A stretch of 64,000 nucleotides of DNA from Candidatus Latescibacterota bacterium (GCA_965116875.1 OZ220733.1:4608001-4672000), one strand, 5' to 3'; counted from the first letter of the stretch, positions 1 through 10,470 are shown. Translations and numbers: made by a program. Notes: a model not told the origin generated them from the letters alone.

Positions 1-1
1 C

Positions 2-835
2 ATGCTGGCAGGAGAGAACCTTGACATTGTTACCGTGGCCACGTCCGACCACCGGCACGCGGACCTGGTCGTGGATGCGGCCAACGCGGGCGTAAGAGGG
101 ATCTTCTGCGAAAAGCCCCTTGCGACCAATCTGGCGGACGCGGACCGGATGGTGTACGCCGCTGAACGCAACGGCGCAATTCTCTCCGTCGATCACACGA
201 GGCGCTTCCAGCCATTGTGGCGGCATATCAAGGAGCAGATCGTGGACGGTGACGAGATCGGTGCGGTTCAGTACATCGTGGGGGCGCTGAACGGAAGGCG
301 TTCCATGTTGTTCAGGAATGGCACACACCTGGTGGATTCGATCTGTTACTTTGCGGGTTCGGAGCCGGATTGGGTGTTCGCGGAACTGGAAGACGGCTAC
401 GAGGACTACACGGAGTACAGGGGCGATGGCGGCCACGACCCCGCGACGGAGCCGTCGGCAAGCGGATACATCCATTTCGCCAATGGTGTGAGGGGATTTT
501 TCGCAGGTGGTTCGAAAGTCTCCGCAAACCCGAAGTTCAAGTGCGATATCGTGGGTACCACCGGGTACGTCGAGATTGGCCGCGAAAGCGCCTCGCTGAT
601 TCGCGGCAATGATCGGGAAACGATCCAGGCGCCCGAATGGCCCCTCAGCGGCATTCCCGCCGGAGTCCAGGAATTGGTGGGTCTCGTGGACAGGGGCGGC
701 CAGCCGGTTTCGCCTGCACGGGACGCGCACCGGGTCGTTGAGATCCTGGTTGGATTTCTGGAATCACAGCGGCTGGGAAACGTCAGGGTGGATCTCCCGA
801 TTCCTCTTGAGCGCAGGGGGTTATCAGCCCGTTGA
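2..835 (+). CDS. Gfo/Idh/MocA family oxidoreductase (5' truncated by window edge)
   Basis: Motifs IFCEKPLA and NGTHLVD; N-terminal Rossmann GxG is missing (outside window); stop codon lies inside a terminal inverted repeat. Confidence 0.9.
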   Translation: MLAGENLDIVTVATSDHRHADLVVDAANAGVRGIFCEKPLATNLADADRMVYAAERNGAILSVDHTRRFQPLWRHIKEQIVDGDEIGAVQYIVGALNGRRSMLFRNGTHLVDSICYFAGSEPDWVFAELEDGYEDYTEYRGDGGHDPATEPSASGYIHFANGVRGFFAGGSKVSANPKFKCDIVGTTGYVEIGRESASLIRGNDRETIQAPEWPLSGIPAGVQELVGLVDRGGQPVSPARDAHRVVEILVGFLESQRLGNVRVDLPIPLERRGLSAR

Positions 836-984
836 AAAAGCCCATCCGGGCTACGGCCGGCCATTGCGGTCGAAATACTGCGTTGCGCTCCCTCGCCGAA
901 TCACAGGATGGGACTCGGTCGCGCGCCTTGTCTTCGTCCACAATGGCTCGGCCTCGCCTGCAGAGCGACTTTATCAACGGACTG
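825..984. mobile_element. MITE-like element, family A (160 bp)
   Basis: TIRs cagcccgttgaaaaag (825-840) and ctttatcaacggactg (969-984), 14/16 match; TTAT direct repeat at 821-824 and 985-988; interior folds into a long hairpin; no coding capacity. Confidence 0.75.
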
Positions 985-1022
985 TTATAGCGGAGGGAGG
1001 CGCCGGGAATCCGCAATAAAGC

Positions 1023-1051
1023 TTGCCCGGTTGTCCGAAAGACCCTATTTT
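1023..1051 (+). promoter_or_regulatory. Putative sigma70 promoter
   Basis: TTGCCC-17 nt-TATTTT, followed by palindrome tcgaacc-atc-ggttcga at 1070-1086. Confidence 0.4.
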
Positions 1052-1103
1052 AGTCCATTTCGATCAAATTCGAACCATCGGTTCGACGCGCGCCAGCCCG
1101 TAA

Positions 1104-1177
1104 GAAGCCGTTTTCAAATTACCGGTGAGTTCCCGAGCGCGAGCGAAAAAGCGGCGGTCAAGGCGGGAAAATCCGCC
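1104..1177 (+). repeat. Truncated left end of MITE family B
   Basis: gaagccgttttcaaattaccggtgagttcccgagcgcgagcgaaaaa...ggcgggaaaatccgc closely matches 40796-40891; preceded by TAA. Confidence 0.7.
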
Positions 1178-1265
1178 CATATTTGTCTGTAGACGGCGCG
1201 CATCCCGATTCGTTTGCGGGCCTCGGTCGGAAGGCACTGCGTCAACAGGAGAGGAGAGTCAGGCA

Positions 1266-1655
1266 ATGTTGAACTTTGAGCATACAGCGTTTCTCGTTGA
1301 GAACACAAAGGCCGTGGCGGACTGGTGGTGCGAACATCTGGGCATGGAATTGGTCCGGTACGGCGGCCCTCCTTCTCACATGACCTTTCTCAGAGACGCC
1401 TCCGGGAAAACCATGTTTGAGATCTACGAGAAAGATACGCTGAGTACGCCCGACTACGCATCGATGCATGTTTCGGTTCTCCATTTCGCGTTCTACACGG
1501 ACGACATCGAGCATGAACGCGACCGGCTGATTGCCGCGGGGGCGTCGGTCGTAGACGACGTGTATACGACGGACGTCGGTGACAAGCTGGCGATGCTTCG
1601 CGACCCATGGGGAGTTGCCATCCAGGTCCTGAAGCGGAAGGATCCGATGGTATGA
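1266..1655 (+). CDS. VOC/glyoxalase family protein
   Basis: FEHTAF, VLHFAF and LRDPWG motifs; ggagag RBS before ATG 1266. Confidence 0.9.
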   Translation: MLNFEHTAFLVENTKAVADWWCEHLGMELVRYGGPPSHMTFLRDASGKTMFEIYEKDTLSTPDYASMHVSVLHFAFYTDDIEHERDRLIAAGASVVDDVYTTDVGDKLAMLRDPWGVAIQVLKRKDPMV

Positions 1656-1713
1656 GGACGATCCGCACGCGAAGCACGCCTTTGGGTCCCGCCCGATTCG
1701 AACCGGAGAGATC

Positions 1714-2781
1714 ATGCCTGTCATAGAGGTTGAATCGCTAAAACAGGTCTGTGCAGGAATCATGGAAGGTGCGGGTTTATCCGGAGCGGAGGCGTGCAGG
1801 ATCTCCCGTTCGCTCGTTCTGTCGAATCTGATGGGCCACGATTCTCACGGCGTGATCAGGCTTCCCCAGTACGTTGAGGCGCTGGAGGACGGCATCGTAA
1901 AGGGCGGGCGCGACATTCACGTTGTCCGGGAGGCGGACGCATCGGCCGTGGTCGACGGGCGGTGGGGCTTCGGGCAGACGGTCTGCGCGCAGGCCATGGC
2001 ACTGGCAATGCAGAAGGCCCGGGAGAGATCCGTCGCCGCGGTAGAGCTGTTCAACAGCAGCCACATCGGACGTCTTGGAGAATACGTGGAGCAGGCGGCT
2101 GAAAGCGGCATGGTCGGTGTGGTCATGTGCAACAACCACGGTGGGGGCCGTCTGCTTTCGCCGTTCGGCGGGATCGACGCGCGGATGTCACCAAATCCCG
2201 TAGCCGTAGGCGTTCCTACGGGTGGAGACTTTCCGATCGTCGTGGATATGACAACCAGCGTGGTAGCAGAAGGCAAGATCCGCGTGAAGCGCAACCGGGG
2301 CGAGCCTCTGCCGCAGGATTGGGCGATCGACGCGGAGGGCAGAACCGTGGAACGGCCGGAAGACTTCTACGGGCCGCCGCGAGGGGCGATTCTGCCCTTC
2401 GGCGGGAATGCGGCACACAAGGGTTACGCGCTCGCGGTTGTCATCGACATTCTGTCCGGCGCCCTCGGTGGCGGCGGATGCAGCCGCGCGGGAGCGCCCT
2501 CCGGTGGAAACGGCGTGTTTCTGATGGCAATCGATATTCAAGCCTTTACCCCGCCGGAGCAGTTCCGGGACGAAGTGGACGGCTTCGTCGGCTATTTGAA
2601 GAGTTCCAGGCTGATGCCGGGGTTTGACCGCATCCACATGCCAGGTGAAATCGAATACCGGCTTCGACGAAAGGGTGAGAAAGACGGCGTATTCGTGGAT
2701 GAAGAAACCTGGCGTCAGATCCGGGAGACGGGGGAGAGAACGGGGGCGGCCGTCAAGCCGGAGGCGGCCGATGATTCGTAA
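1714..2781 (+). CDS. Ldh_2 family (malate/L-lactate/sulfolactate-type) oxidoreductase
   Basis: GHDSHG, SHIGRLG, DMTTS and HKGYAL motifs. Confidence 0.9.
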   Translation: MPVIEVESLKQVCAGIMEGAGLSGAEACRISRSLVLSNLMGHDSHGVIRLPQYVEALEDGIVKGGRDIHVVREADASAVVDGRWGFGQTVCAQAMALAMQKARERSVAAVELFNSSHIGRLGEYVEQAAESGMVGVVMCNNHGGGRLLSPFGGIDARMSPNPVAVGVPTGGDFPIVVDMTTSVVAEGKIRVKRNRGEPLPQDWAIDAEGRTVERPEDFYGPPRGAILPFGGNAAHKGYALAVVIDILSGALGGGGCSRAGAPSGGNGVFLMAIDIQAFTPPEQFRDEVDGFVGYLKSSRLMPGFDRIHMPGEIEYRLRRKGEKDGVFVDEETWRQIRETGERTGAAVKPEAADDS

Positions 2782-2802
2782 CCGAAAAGGGAGAGGTCTC
2801 TG

Positions 2803-3573
2803 ATGGCGAACATCATGATCACACTGGTGGGACACGCGTCTTTCCGCCTGGAACCGGATACCGGTGAGGTGGTCTATTTCGACCCCTGGCTGAACAACAA
2901 CCCCACGACCGGGTTGAGCGTGTCAGACGTTTCAGACGCCGACGTCGTGATCGCGACTCACGGACACGACGATCATATCGGCGATTCGTTTGAAATCTGC
3001 AGAAGGACGGGAGCCGTTTTTGCCGGCAACTACGAGCTCTGCCTGACCGCCGAGAAAAACGGTCTGCCGCTGGGCGAACGGGCCCGGCCGATGAATCCGG
3101 GGGGGACCATCGAGGTAAACGGCGTACGCATTACCGCAACCCAGGCATTCCATTCGCTTTCGATGTCGCCGAATCAGGCGCTCGGCGATGTCCCGGAGGA
3201 TCAATACTTCCGGCCAGACGGCGGCGTTTGCGGGATCGTGATGCAGTTTTCGAACGGCATTTCCGTTTACGATACGGCGGACACCGCGCTGTTCAGCGAT
3301 ATGCAGCTGATCAGCCAGATGTACGGGCCTCAGGTGGCCATCCTTCCGGTTGGCGGGTTGTATACGATGGGTGTCCGGGAGGCGGCCCGGGCCGCGAGTC
3401 TGATCCGACCGGACGTTGTCATACCTTGCCACTACGGTGATGCGGTGGGGCAACCCGCGGATATCGACTCGTTTTCGGACATGGTCGGCTTTCTGTCGCC
3501 CAATACAAACGTCGTGGAGCTCGAGCCCGGGCAATCAGTGACGTATACGTCCGCCAGCTTTGAGGTCACGTAG
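2803..3573 (+). CDS. Metallo-beta-lactamase fold hydrolase (UPF0173-like)
   Basis: GHASF, THGHDDH (HxHxDH) and IPCHY. Confidence 0.9.
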   Translation: MANIMITLVGHASFRLEPDTGEVVYFDPWLNNNPTTGLSVSDVSDADVVIATHGHDDHIGDSFEICRRTGAVFAGNYELCLTAEKNGLPLGERARPMNPGGTIEVNGVRITATQAFHSLSMSPNQALGDVPEDQYFRPDGGVCGIVMQFSNGISVYDTADTALFSDMQLISQMYGPQVAILPVGGLYTMGVREAARAASLIRPDVVIPCHYGDAVGQPADIDSFSDMVGFLSPNTNVVELEPGQSVTYTSASFEVT

Positions 3574-3741
3574 AATTCGCCGGCAGGTCAGGCTCACTGT
3601 CGCAGCGGGATGAACAAACGTCCGGAAAGTGCCGGATGAGGAAGCTGTTTCGGATTTCGCAAAGTTGGCGCCGCAGGTTTGCGTTGTGCACGCGGGACTG
3701 AATCGGAGACGGCGCGAAGGCTGAGAAACTGGGAGGTTCGT

Positions 3742-4557
3742 GTGGCGCAGGATCTGACCAACGCGGTTGTATCTCAAAAGATCGAACTCGCCCCCGAGTT
3801 GATCATTTTACAGGTCAGGGCGGACGGGTGGGAGCTTCCCGAGTTCGAGCCGGGGCAGTTCGCCGTCCTGGGCCTTCCGGGTGTGGCGCCGAGAAGCGAG
3901 GGTTCCGACCCCGAAGAGGACACCCCCGATCCGAAACGGTTGATACGCAGAGCCTATTCAATCGCTTCTTCGTCCCTGTTGCGGGAACATATGGAGTTCT
4001 ACATAAACGTCGTCCGTTCGGGTGCGCTGACGCCCAGGCTGTTCGCGCTGGAACAGGGTGACCGCGTCTGGCTGGGGCCCAAGGTGTCCGGAGCCTTTAC
4101 GCTGGATCAGGCGCCCCCGACCACGGACGTCGTACTCGTGGCCACGGGGACCGGACTCGCCCCGTATATGAGTATGTTACGCACACGCCTGCCGTGCGAC
4201 AACGGACGCCGCTTTGCGGTTCTGCACGGCGTCCGGCAATCGTGGGATCTGGGCTACCGGTCGGAACTGACGATCATGCAGCAACTGTGCAGCAATCTGA
4301 CCTATCTGTCGTTGATCAGCCGTCCGGCAAACGAGCACATACCCTGGAGTGGAATGACCGGATACGTTCAGGATCTCTGGGCCGGCGGCTTTCTGGACAA
4401 GGCCTGGGGGAAACACCCGAAACCTGACGATACCCAGGTCTTCCTGTGCGGAAATCCGAAAATGTGCGAGGATATGCTCGCACTGCTGGAAGCCGAAGGA
4501 TTCAGCGAGCAGACACGAAAGATCCGTGGTCAGGTGCATGTCGAGCGATACTGGTAG
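3742..4557 (+). CDS. fpr: Ferredoxin/flavodoxin-NADP+ reductase
   Basis: RRAYSIAS, ATGTGLAP, LCGNP and C-terminal ERYW; GTG start after gggagg. Confidence 0.9.
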   Translation: MAQDLTNAVVSQKIELAPELIILQVRADGWELPEFEPGQFAVLGLPGVAPRSEGSDPEEDTPDPKRLIRRAYSIASSSLLREHMEFYINVVRSGALTPRLFALEQGDRVWLGPKVSGAFTLDQAPPTTDVVLVATGTGLAPYMSMLRTRLPCDNGRRFAVLHGVRQSWDLGYRSELTIMQQLCSNLTYLSLISRPANEHIPWSGMTGYVQDLWAGGFLDKAWGKHPKPDDTQVFLCGNPKMCEDMLALLEAEGFSEQTRKIRGQVHVERYW

Positions 4558-4641
4558 AGGCGCCGGGCGACATACCCGGGTGACGCCCCGCGACCGGCTT
4601 CCGGGCGGTCAGCGATTCGCCCGATCGTCCTCGCAGAGGCC

Positions 4642-6264
4642 GTGATGGATAGCGGGACATCCCAGAGCTATGATGGCATAATCGTCGGGGCCGGCCACAA
4701 CGGTCTGATCCTGCAGGCTTATCTGGGGCGGACCGGACTCAGAGTGCTGTGCATCGATCGGAGAAATGTCCCGGGAGGTGCGCTGGCGACGATTGAAGAC
4801 GCACGGAATCCGGGATTTCTGCACAATACACATTCGTTCTACCATCGCGCGCTGGACATGATGCCGTGGTACCACGATCTGCAACTGAAACGGCACGGCG
4901 CGGAATACCTGGAGCCGGAATTGAACGTCGCCCTGCTGTCAAGGGACGGCGAAGCGCTGGAGTGGTGGACGGACTTTGAAAAAACCGTCGACTCCTTTGC
5001 ATGTTTCAGCAACAGGGACGCGGTGACGTTGAGGAGGTGGCGCGAAGCATTCCTGCCGATCGTTGAACGGATCATCGTTCCCGAAGCGCAGGCGCCCCCG
5101 CTGGAACCGGCCCGGCGGCGCGCCTTGCTCGGAAAGAGCAGGGAGGGGCGATTGCTGCTGGACGTCAGCCGATTATCGCCCCTCGAATTTGTACGCAGGG
5201 AATTCAGGCATCCGGTGATTCAGGCCGGATTGCTTTTTTTTAACGGGTTGCGCGAAGTCGATCTGCGGTGTCCCGGTTTCGGTCATCACGTTCCGGCGCT
5301 GTTGGCCAGTTCCGGCAAGGCGCAGATGTGCCGCGGCGGATCGGCGGTCCTCGCACGGGCTCTGGTGTCGGCGGTTCGGGAAAGCGGCGGCGAACTGCGC
5401 CTTGAGACGGAACCCGGCCGCTTCATCCGGGAAGGCAACCGTGTCGTCGGCGTGGAGGCCACGACGGGTGAGCGTTTCATGGCACGGCATTTTGTCGCAT
5501 CCGGGCTGAACCCGCACCAGACGTTCCTGGACCTCCTGGATAACGACGCGCTGCCGCGGACATGGCGGGATCGTGTGAGCGCGTTCCGCTATAATCTGGT
5601 GGCGCCGCTGTCCGCGCTGAATCTGAATCTGGTTGCGCCTCCGCGCTACGCGGCTGCCCGATCGGACCCTGCACTTGAAAAAGCGTTTATGGTCATTCTG
5701 GGACTGGATCACATGGACCGGTACCTGGAAATGGTGGCGTGCCACCGGTCGGGTCGCAAACCGCCGAACATTATGTGGGGGAGCTGCCCCACACTGTTCG
5801 ATCCATCGCAGGCGCCTGAGGGGAAGCATACCGCGTTCATGTGGCAGAAGTCACCGTACCGCCTGAATGGAGACCCGATGCATTGGGACTCGGAACGGGA
5901 CCGTCTGGGACAGGAGATGCTGGAGGCGTGGTGCCACTATGCGCCCAACCTGAAAGAGAGTCTCATTTCATGGTTCGCCCGCAGTCCGCTGGACGTGGAG
6001 CGCACGTTTCCGAATATGCGGGAGGGGGACCTGCTGGTTGGCGCGTTCACTGACGGCCAGATCGGTTACAACCGTCCGTTTCCAGGGGCCGGTCACTACA
6101 GGACGCACCTTCGGGGGCTGTATCTGTGCGGTTCCTGTTGTCACCCCGGCGGCAACGTTACCGGTCTGCCCGGGTACAACTGCGCGCAGGTGATTCTCCG
6201 GGATCTCGGAGTCCACCAGGACTGGATGCCCGAGCCGATCGAAAGGCGGTTGGATCGTCTATGA
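4642..6264 (+). CDS. Phytoene-dehydrogenase-like FAD-dependent oxidoreductase
   Basis: GAGHNGL dinucleotide motif; C-terminal LYLCGSCCHPGGNVTGLPGYN. Confidence 0.85.
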   Translation: MMDSGTSQSYDGIIVGAGHNGLILQAYLGRTGLRVLCIDRRNVPGGALATIEDARNPGFLHNTHSFYHRALDMMPWYHDLQLKRHGAEYLEPELNVALLSRDGEALEWWTDFEKTVDSFACFSNRDAVTLRRWREAFLPIVERIIVPEAQAPPLEPARRRALLGKSREGRLLLDVSRLSPLEFVRREFRHPVIQAGLLFFNGLREVDLRCPGFGHHVPALLASSGKAQMCRGGSAVLARALVSAVRESGGELRLETEPGRFIREGNRVVGVEATTGERFMARHFVASGLNPHQTFLDLLDNDALPRTWRDRVSAFRYNLVAPLSALNLNLVAPPRYAAARSDPALEKAFMVILGLDHMDRYLEMVACHRSGRKPPNIMWGSCPTLFDPSQAPEGKHTAFMWQKSPYRLNGDPMHWDSERDRLGQEMLEAWCHYAPNLKESLISWFARSPLDVERTFPNMREGDLLVGAFTDGQIGYNRPFPGAGHYRTHLRGLYLCGSCCHPGGNVTGLPGYNCAQVILRDLGVHQDWMPEPIERRLDRL

Positions 6265-7379
6265 TTCAACCCACGATTTCCTATCTGACCGACGTGTATT
6301 TCGGGTTCGGCGTCTCGGATATCGTGCCTGCGCTGCTCGCGGAGATGGGTATACGCCGACCGCTGCTGGTGACCGATCCGGGCCTGAGGGATCTGGGTAT
6401 CGTGAATCGCGTTGGCATGCACGACGCGCCCGCGTTCTGCGACGTCAAAACCAATCCGTCGGAGCCTCAGGTATTGCGGGCGGCGGAAGTCTACCGGAAA
6501 GGGCGTTGCGACGGATTCGTCGCGGTCGGCGGCGGTTCCGCCATGGACCTCGCGAAGTGCGCGGGGATTCTGGCAGGACACGCGGGATCGCTCGAATCGT
6601 ATGCGATGCGGTGTGGCGGCATGGAACGCATCACGCGCAGGGTCCCGCCCATTGTCGCCGTACCCACCACCGCCGGCAGTGGAAGCGAGGTGGGCAGAGC
6701 CGCGCTGGTGACGTTGTGTTCCGGCGACAAGGTGGGCTTCCTGAGCCGTTTTCTGACCCCCGCGGCCGCGGTATGCGATCCGGAACTGACGCTGACGATG
6801 CCGGCGTTCCTGAGCGCCGGCACGGGAATGGACGCCATTTCACACTGCGTGGAGACTTTTTGCAGCACCCGCTTCAACCCTGTTGCCGATGCGATCGCGC
6901 TCGACGGACTCGAACGAGGCTGTCGTCACATCTGTACCGCATATCTGGACGGGGCAGACCGGGAGGCCAGGAAAGAGATGCTGATGTGCGCGTTGCAGGG
7001 CGGCCTTGCGTTTCAGAAGAGCCTGGGCGCCGTGCACAGCCTGAGCCATCCATTGGGGTCGCTGGACCTGTCACTGCATCACGGTACGCTCAACGCACTG
7101 TTTCTTCCCGCCGTCCTGAGATTCAACTTCGGCTATTGCACCGGAAATTTGGATGCGATGGCGCAACGGCTGCGCATGAAGAAGGGGTCCGATCTGCCGG
7201 GATATTTCGAGGAGATGAACAGGCAGTTGGGTATCCCGCAGTCGCTTTCGGAACTGGGTGTTACCCGGGAGGATCTGGAACCGCTCGCGGCGAAGGCGGC
7301 AGCCGATCATTGCAGCCCGACAAACCCGAGGCCGCTGGATGAAGCCGCGTGCCGGATGCTTTATCTGTCCGTCTTGTAG
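6261..7379 (+). CDS. Iron-containing alcohol dehydrogenase (4-hydroxybutyrate dehydrogenase-like)
   Basis: GGGSAMD, PTTAGSGSE, DAISH, HSLSH and HHG; ATGA overlap with the upstream gene. Confidence 0.9.
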   Translation: MIQPTISYLTDVYFGFGVSDIVPALLAEMGIRRPLLVTDPGLRDLGIVNRVGMHDAPAFCDVKTNPSEPQVLRAAEVYRKGRCDGFVAVGGGSAMDLAKCAGILAGHAGSLESYAMRCGGMERITRRVPPIVAVPTTAGSGSEVGRAALVTLCSGDKVGFLSRFLTPAAAVCDPELTLTMPAFLSAGTGMDAISHCVETFCSTRFNPVADAIALDGLERGCRHICTAYLDGADREARKEMLMCALQGGLAFQKSLGAVHSLSHPLGSLDLSLHHGTLNALFLPAVLRFNFGYCTGNLDAMAQRLRMKKGSDLPGYFEEMNRQLGIPQSLSELGVTREDLEPLAAKAAADHCSPTNPRPLDEAACRMLYLSVL

Positions 7380-7387
7380 GAGGTCAT

Positions 7388-8239
7388 ATGTCAAGCTTTG
7401 CGCAGGTGGACGAAGACGGTTTGAAGGAAGCGTTCGATCGTGACGGCTACGTGATCTTGAAAGCGTTTCTGGCATCGACCGTCATCGAGGGTGTACGAGA
7501 GGAGCTCGACGTTCTGGTTGACCGCCAGGCGGAGCGGTTACTGGCGTTGGAAAGAATCAGGGATCCTTTCAAGAATGCGCCGTTCGAAACCCGCATCGCG
7601 CGGTTGTTCGAATACTGCATGGATCTGGCGCCTACGTCATTCCGGCCTGAATTACACGGGCCGGGGCTCTTCGATCTGTTCTTTCATCCCCGCCTTCTGG
7701 ATGTCGCAGAATGGCTCCTCGGCCCCGAGATCAGGCTTTATCCGAATTATACGGCGCGCCCGAAGTTTCCCGAGTGGAAGGGAACGCTGGTCCTGTGGCA
7801 TCAGGACGGGGGATACACGGCGCAGGCCGCCGATGGCGTGGAGACGTTGAGGATGCTAAACGTCTGGGCGCCCCTCGTGCCCGCGACGGAGGAAAATGGC
7901 TGTATGCAGTTTGTGCCGGGTACGCACAAGCTGGGTATCGTGCCTCATGAAAAGAGGGAGTATTACCTTGAGATTTCACAGGAAGAGCTGGACCCGCGTC
8001 TGGGGCAGGCGGTCTCTATCGAAGTGGACCCCGGAGACGTAGTCCTGTTTCATAACCTGATGTTTCATTGCGGACTGCCCAACAGGACCCGCGGGGTGCG
8101 CTGGAGCATGGACTGGCGGTACCAGGACGCGACTCAGCCTACGATGCGTACCCACCGGGGGCATCTGGCCAGAAGCGGGAAGACGCAGGAAAACGTGGTC
8201 AGAGACCGGAAGGATTGGGCGGAACGGAAATTCACGTAG
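7388..8239 (+). CDS. Phytanoyl-CoA dioxygenase (PhyH) family 2OG-Fe(II) oxygenase
   Basis: WHQD, ENGCMQFVPGTH and FHCG..N...R motifs. Confidence 0.9.
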   Translation: MSSFAQVDEDGLKEAFDRDGYVILKAFLASTVIEGVREELDVLVDRQAERLLALERIRDPFKNAPFETRIARLFEYCMDLAPTSFRPELHGPGLFDLFFHPRLLDVAEWLLGPEIRLYPNYTARPKFPEWKGTLVLWHQDGGYTAQAADGVETLRMLNVWAPLVPATEENGCMQFVPGTHKLGIVPHEKREYYLEISQEELDPRLGQAVSIEVDPGDVVLFHNLMFHCGLPNRTRGVRWSMDWRYQDATQPTMRTHRGHLARSGKTQENVVRDRKDWAERKFT

Positions 8240-8378
8240 GGCGTTGCCGCAGATCCGCGGCCGTGTGTGGCGGTGACGGGACGGAACTGTACGTCGTTGC
8301 GCAAATCCGCGGACTGCCAAAGGAATCCTGGTCTTCGATACGGACGGGTTCGTTCGGCATGCGAGCGCGATGCGGGAT

Positions 8379-9194
8379 CTACAGGTATCGGATGGCGTTG
8401 TATATCGACAGCACGAAACCGGCACCGGTGATCAGAAGAAGGAGCAGCGCAGCCACCACGGTACGGCGCCCCTCGCGCCAGCGTGCACTCGAGACGAGGA
8501 GCCGGGAAGCGATCCAGCCCCCGGCGAATCCGCCGAAGTGGGCCCAGTTGTTGACACCCTGCATGAGAAAGCCGAAGATGAATAACATGATGGCCCACTG
8601 CCATATCTGACGCGTCATCAGCGCGGCGAAGCTGGTCTTCTGGCTGCGGCCATAGACGATGAGGGCGGCCAGGAGTCCGAAAATCGAGCCGGAGGCGCCA
8701 AGCGTGGGGTATCCGGAAACGGCGTTGGACAGGAGAAAGCCAACGACGCCGCCCGTCGTAAAAATGATGAAATAGCGCGCCGGACCGTAGAGGTTTCCGA
8801 CTTCGGGGCCCAGTTGCCGGATCCACAGCACGTTGAAGAGGATGTGCAACAACCCGCCGTGCAGGTAGATTGCCGTGAAGAGGGTCCACCACGGCGCGTT
8901 TCCGTCTGTCAGGCCCAGGATCGCGGTAGCGTGAAATCCAGGCGAGAGCATTCCGAAGAAGCCGCCACGCAGGGACAGCGCGGCATCCAGGTCGAGGAGC
9001 AGACTGAGTACATAGAGTACGATACACGCCGTTGGAATCAGCGTGAGAACGTCGATTTTCGATCCGAAAAGCCGGCTCAGGGCGGGGCCGAGCCCCCACA
9101 GACCCGGGCGGTAGGCGCCGCAGTACGGGCATTTTTTCTCTTCCGTGCTGATCAGGTTTCGGCAGCCCGGACAGACCATCGAGGTAGAAGGCAT
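8379..9194 (-). CDS. Rhomboid intramembrane serine protease with N-terminal zinc ribbon
   Basis: CPGC..CPYC N-terminus, HGGLLHILFN, catalytic GASG and AHFGG. Confidence 0.9.
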   Translation of the reverse strand: MPSTSMVCPGCRNLISTEEKKCPYCGAYRPGLWGLGPALSRLFGSKIDVLTLIPTACIVLYVLSLLLDLDAALSLRGGFFGMLSPGFHATAILGLTDGNAPWWTLFTAIYLHGGLLHILFNVLWIRQLGPEVGNLYGPARYFIIFTTGGVVGFLLSNAVSGYPTLGASGSIFGLLAALIVYGRSQKTSFAALMTRQIWQWAIMLFIFGFLMQGVNNWAHFGGFAGGWIASRLLVSSARWREGRRTVVAALLLLLITGAGFVLSIYNAIRYL

Positions 9195-9288
9195 TGCTAC
9201 CCTCCGATCGTTTTGTAAGCCACCGTTCCGCCATCGGCTTGCGGGCGGTGATCGACCCGCGTCCGCACCCTGCGCGGAAAGGGCAGAA

Positions 9289-10470
9289 TCAGGACTTCGC
9301 GGGAGGGACACCGGCAACGCGCGGGGCGTCGGGACGATTGGCCGACCAGTTCCTGATCACCAGCGAAAGCCCCGTCAGAAACCGTTCCATTTCCGATTCC
9401 GAAGTGCTTCCCATCGCGGCTATCCGTATGGCGGTATTCTGCATCGGGCCGTAACCCGGCGCAATCTGAACATTCAACACGGTCTTCGCCGCGTGGACGA
9501 ATTCCGTCGCCGGGATGGAATCGGGCATCAGAATGGTGGTGACGGTGGGGCTGTAGAATGCCGGTTGCGCGAGCAGACCCAGGCCGTGTTTCGCCGCCCA
9601 GTCCCTCTGCATTCCCGCAAGTTTCCTGTGTCGCCGGAAGCGGGCTTCGCCTTCGTCCAGCATTTCCTCGAGACGGGCGATCAGACAGCGCAACATGAGA
9701 TCGGATACGGTTACGGGCGTCTGGGCGTCAGCGGCGCGGACGTGCCATTCGATCAGGTCCAGCACGTATCCGCGTTTCGCGACACGTGCCGCCGTCTCAA
9801 GCGCTCGATTCGAGACGATCATCACCGATCCGACGGCGGGAATCGCGAAGTCCTTCTGCAGACTCCAGAGATAGAAGTCCGGTTGCATCTCGCCAATGTC
9901 AACTTCAACCGCACCGGCGATACTCACGCCGTCGATGGCGACGAGCATTTCCGGAGTCCGGCGGCGCGCGTCCCGGCAGAGGGCGTCCACGGGAAGCATG
10001 ACCCCGGTGGCGGTCTCGTTGTGTGTCAGCAGCGCGACGTCGTAGCCACTTCGCAGCGCGGCGCGCCACATGTCGGAATCGATTCCATGCCCCCACGGCA
10101 CGCGAAGCAGGTCGACGGCGCGGCCATGCCGCACGAATAACGCCGCCCATCGGGCGGAAAACGCGCCCATATCAAGGCCCACCGCCCGAAAATCGGGCGG
10201 TGTATTGACAGCGACCATCTCCCAGTCGTAACTGCCCGTGTGGCCGAAGATGAGCGGCGTGTAGGCTTCCGGCGCGTGGAAGGCTTCGCGCAGGAGGGCC
10301 ACCGCGTGCGTGTACAGGGACTTGAAGTCGTTCGAACGGTGGGAGCAGGTCGCCCGATAGGACCGGATTGTGCGCTCCACCGCGGGCGTCAGCGCGTGCG
10401 GTCCCGGCGTCCAGAGCGCGGTGTCCTGCAGGCGGTATTGCGCGAATTCGTCGTGCAGCGCAGTTTTCAC
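9289..10470 (-). CDS. Class V aminotransferase (serine-pyruvate/alanine-glyoxylate type)
   Basis: TPGP, HNETATG, DGVS, SLQK (PLP Lys) and RIAAMG. Confidence 0.85.
   Translation of the reverse strand: MKTALHDEFAQYRLQDTALWTPGPHALTPAVERTIRSYRATCSHRSNDFKSLYTHAVALLREAFHAPEAYTPLIFGHTGSYDWEMVAVNTPPDFRAVGLDMGAFSARWAALFVRHGRAVDLLRVPWGHGIDSDMWRAALRSGYDVALLTHNETATGVMLPVDALCRDARRRTPEMLVAIDGVSIAGAVEVDIGEMQPDFYLWSLQKDFAIPAVGSVMIVSNRALETAARVAKRGYVLDLIEWHVRAADAQTPVTVSDLMLRCLIARLEEMLDEGEARFRRHRKLAGMQRDWAAKHGLGLLAQPAFYSPTVTTILMPDSIPATEFVHAAKTVLNVQIAPGYGPMQNTAIRIAAMGSTSESEMERFLTGLSLVIRNWSANRPDAPRVAGVPPAKS

Noticed and set aside
1070-1086. Gram-positive-type LexA box
   Set aside because: CGAAC-N5-GTTCG has one base too many; kept only as a generic palindrome
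3665-3682. Sigma54-like tggcgc...ttgc before fpr
   Set aside because: Spacing is 12 nt, incompatible
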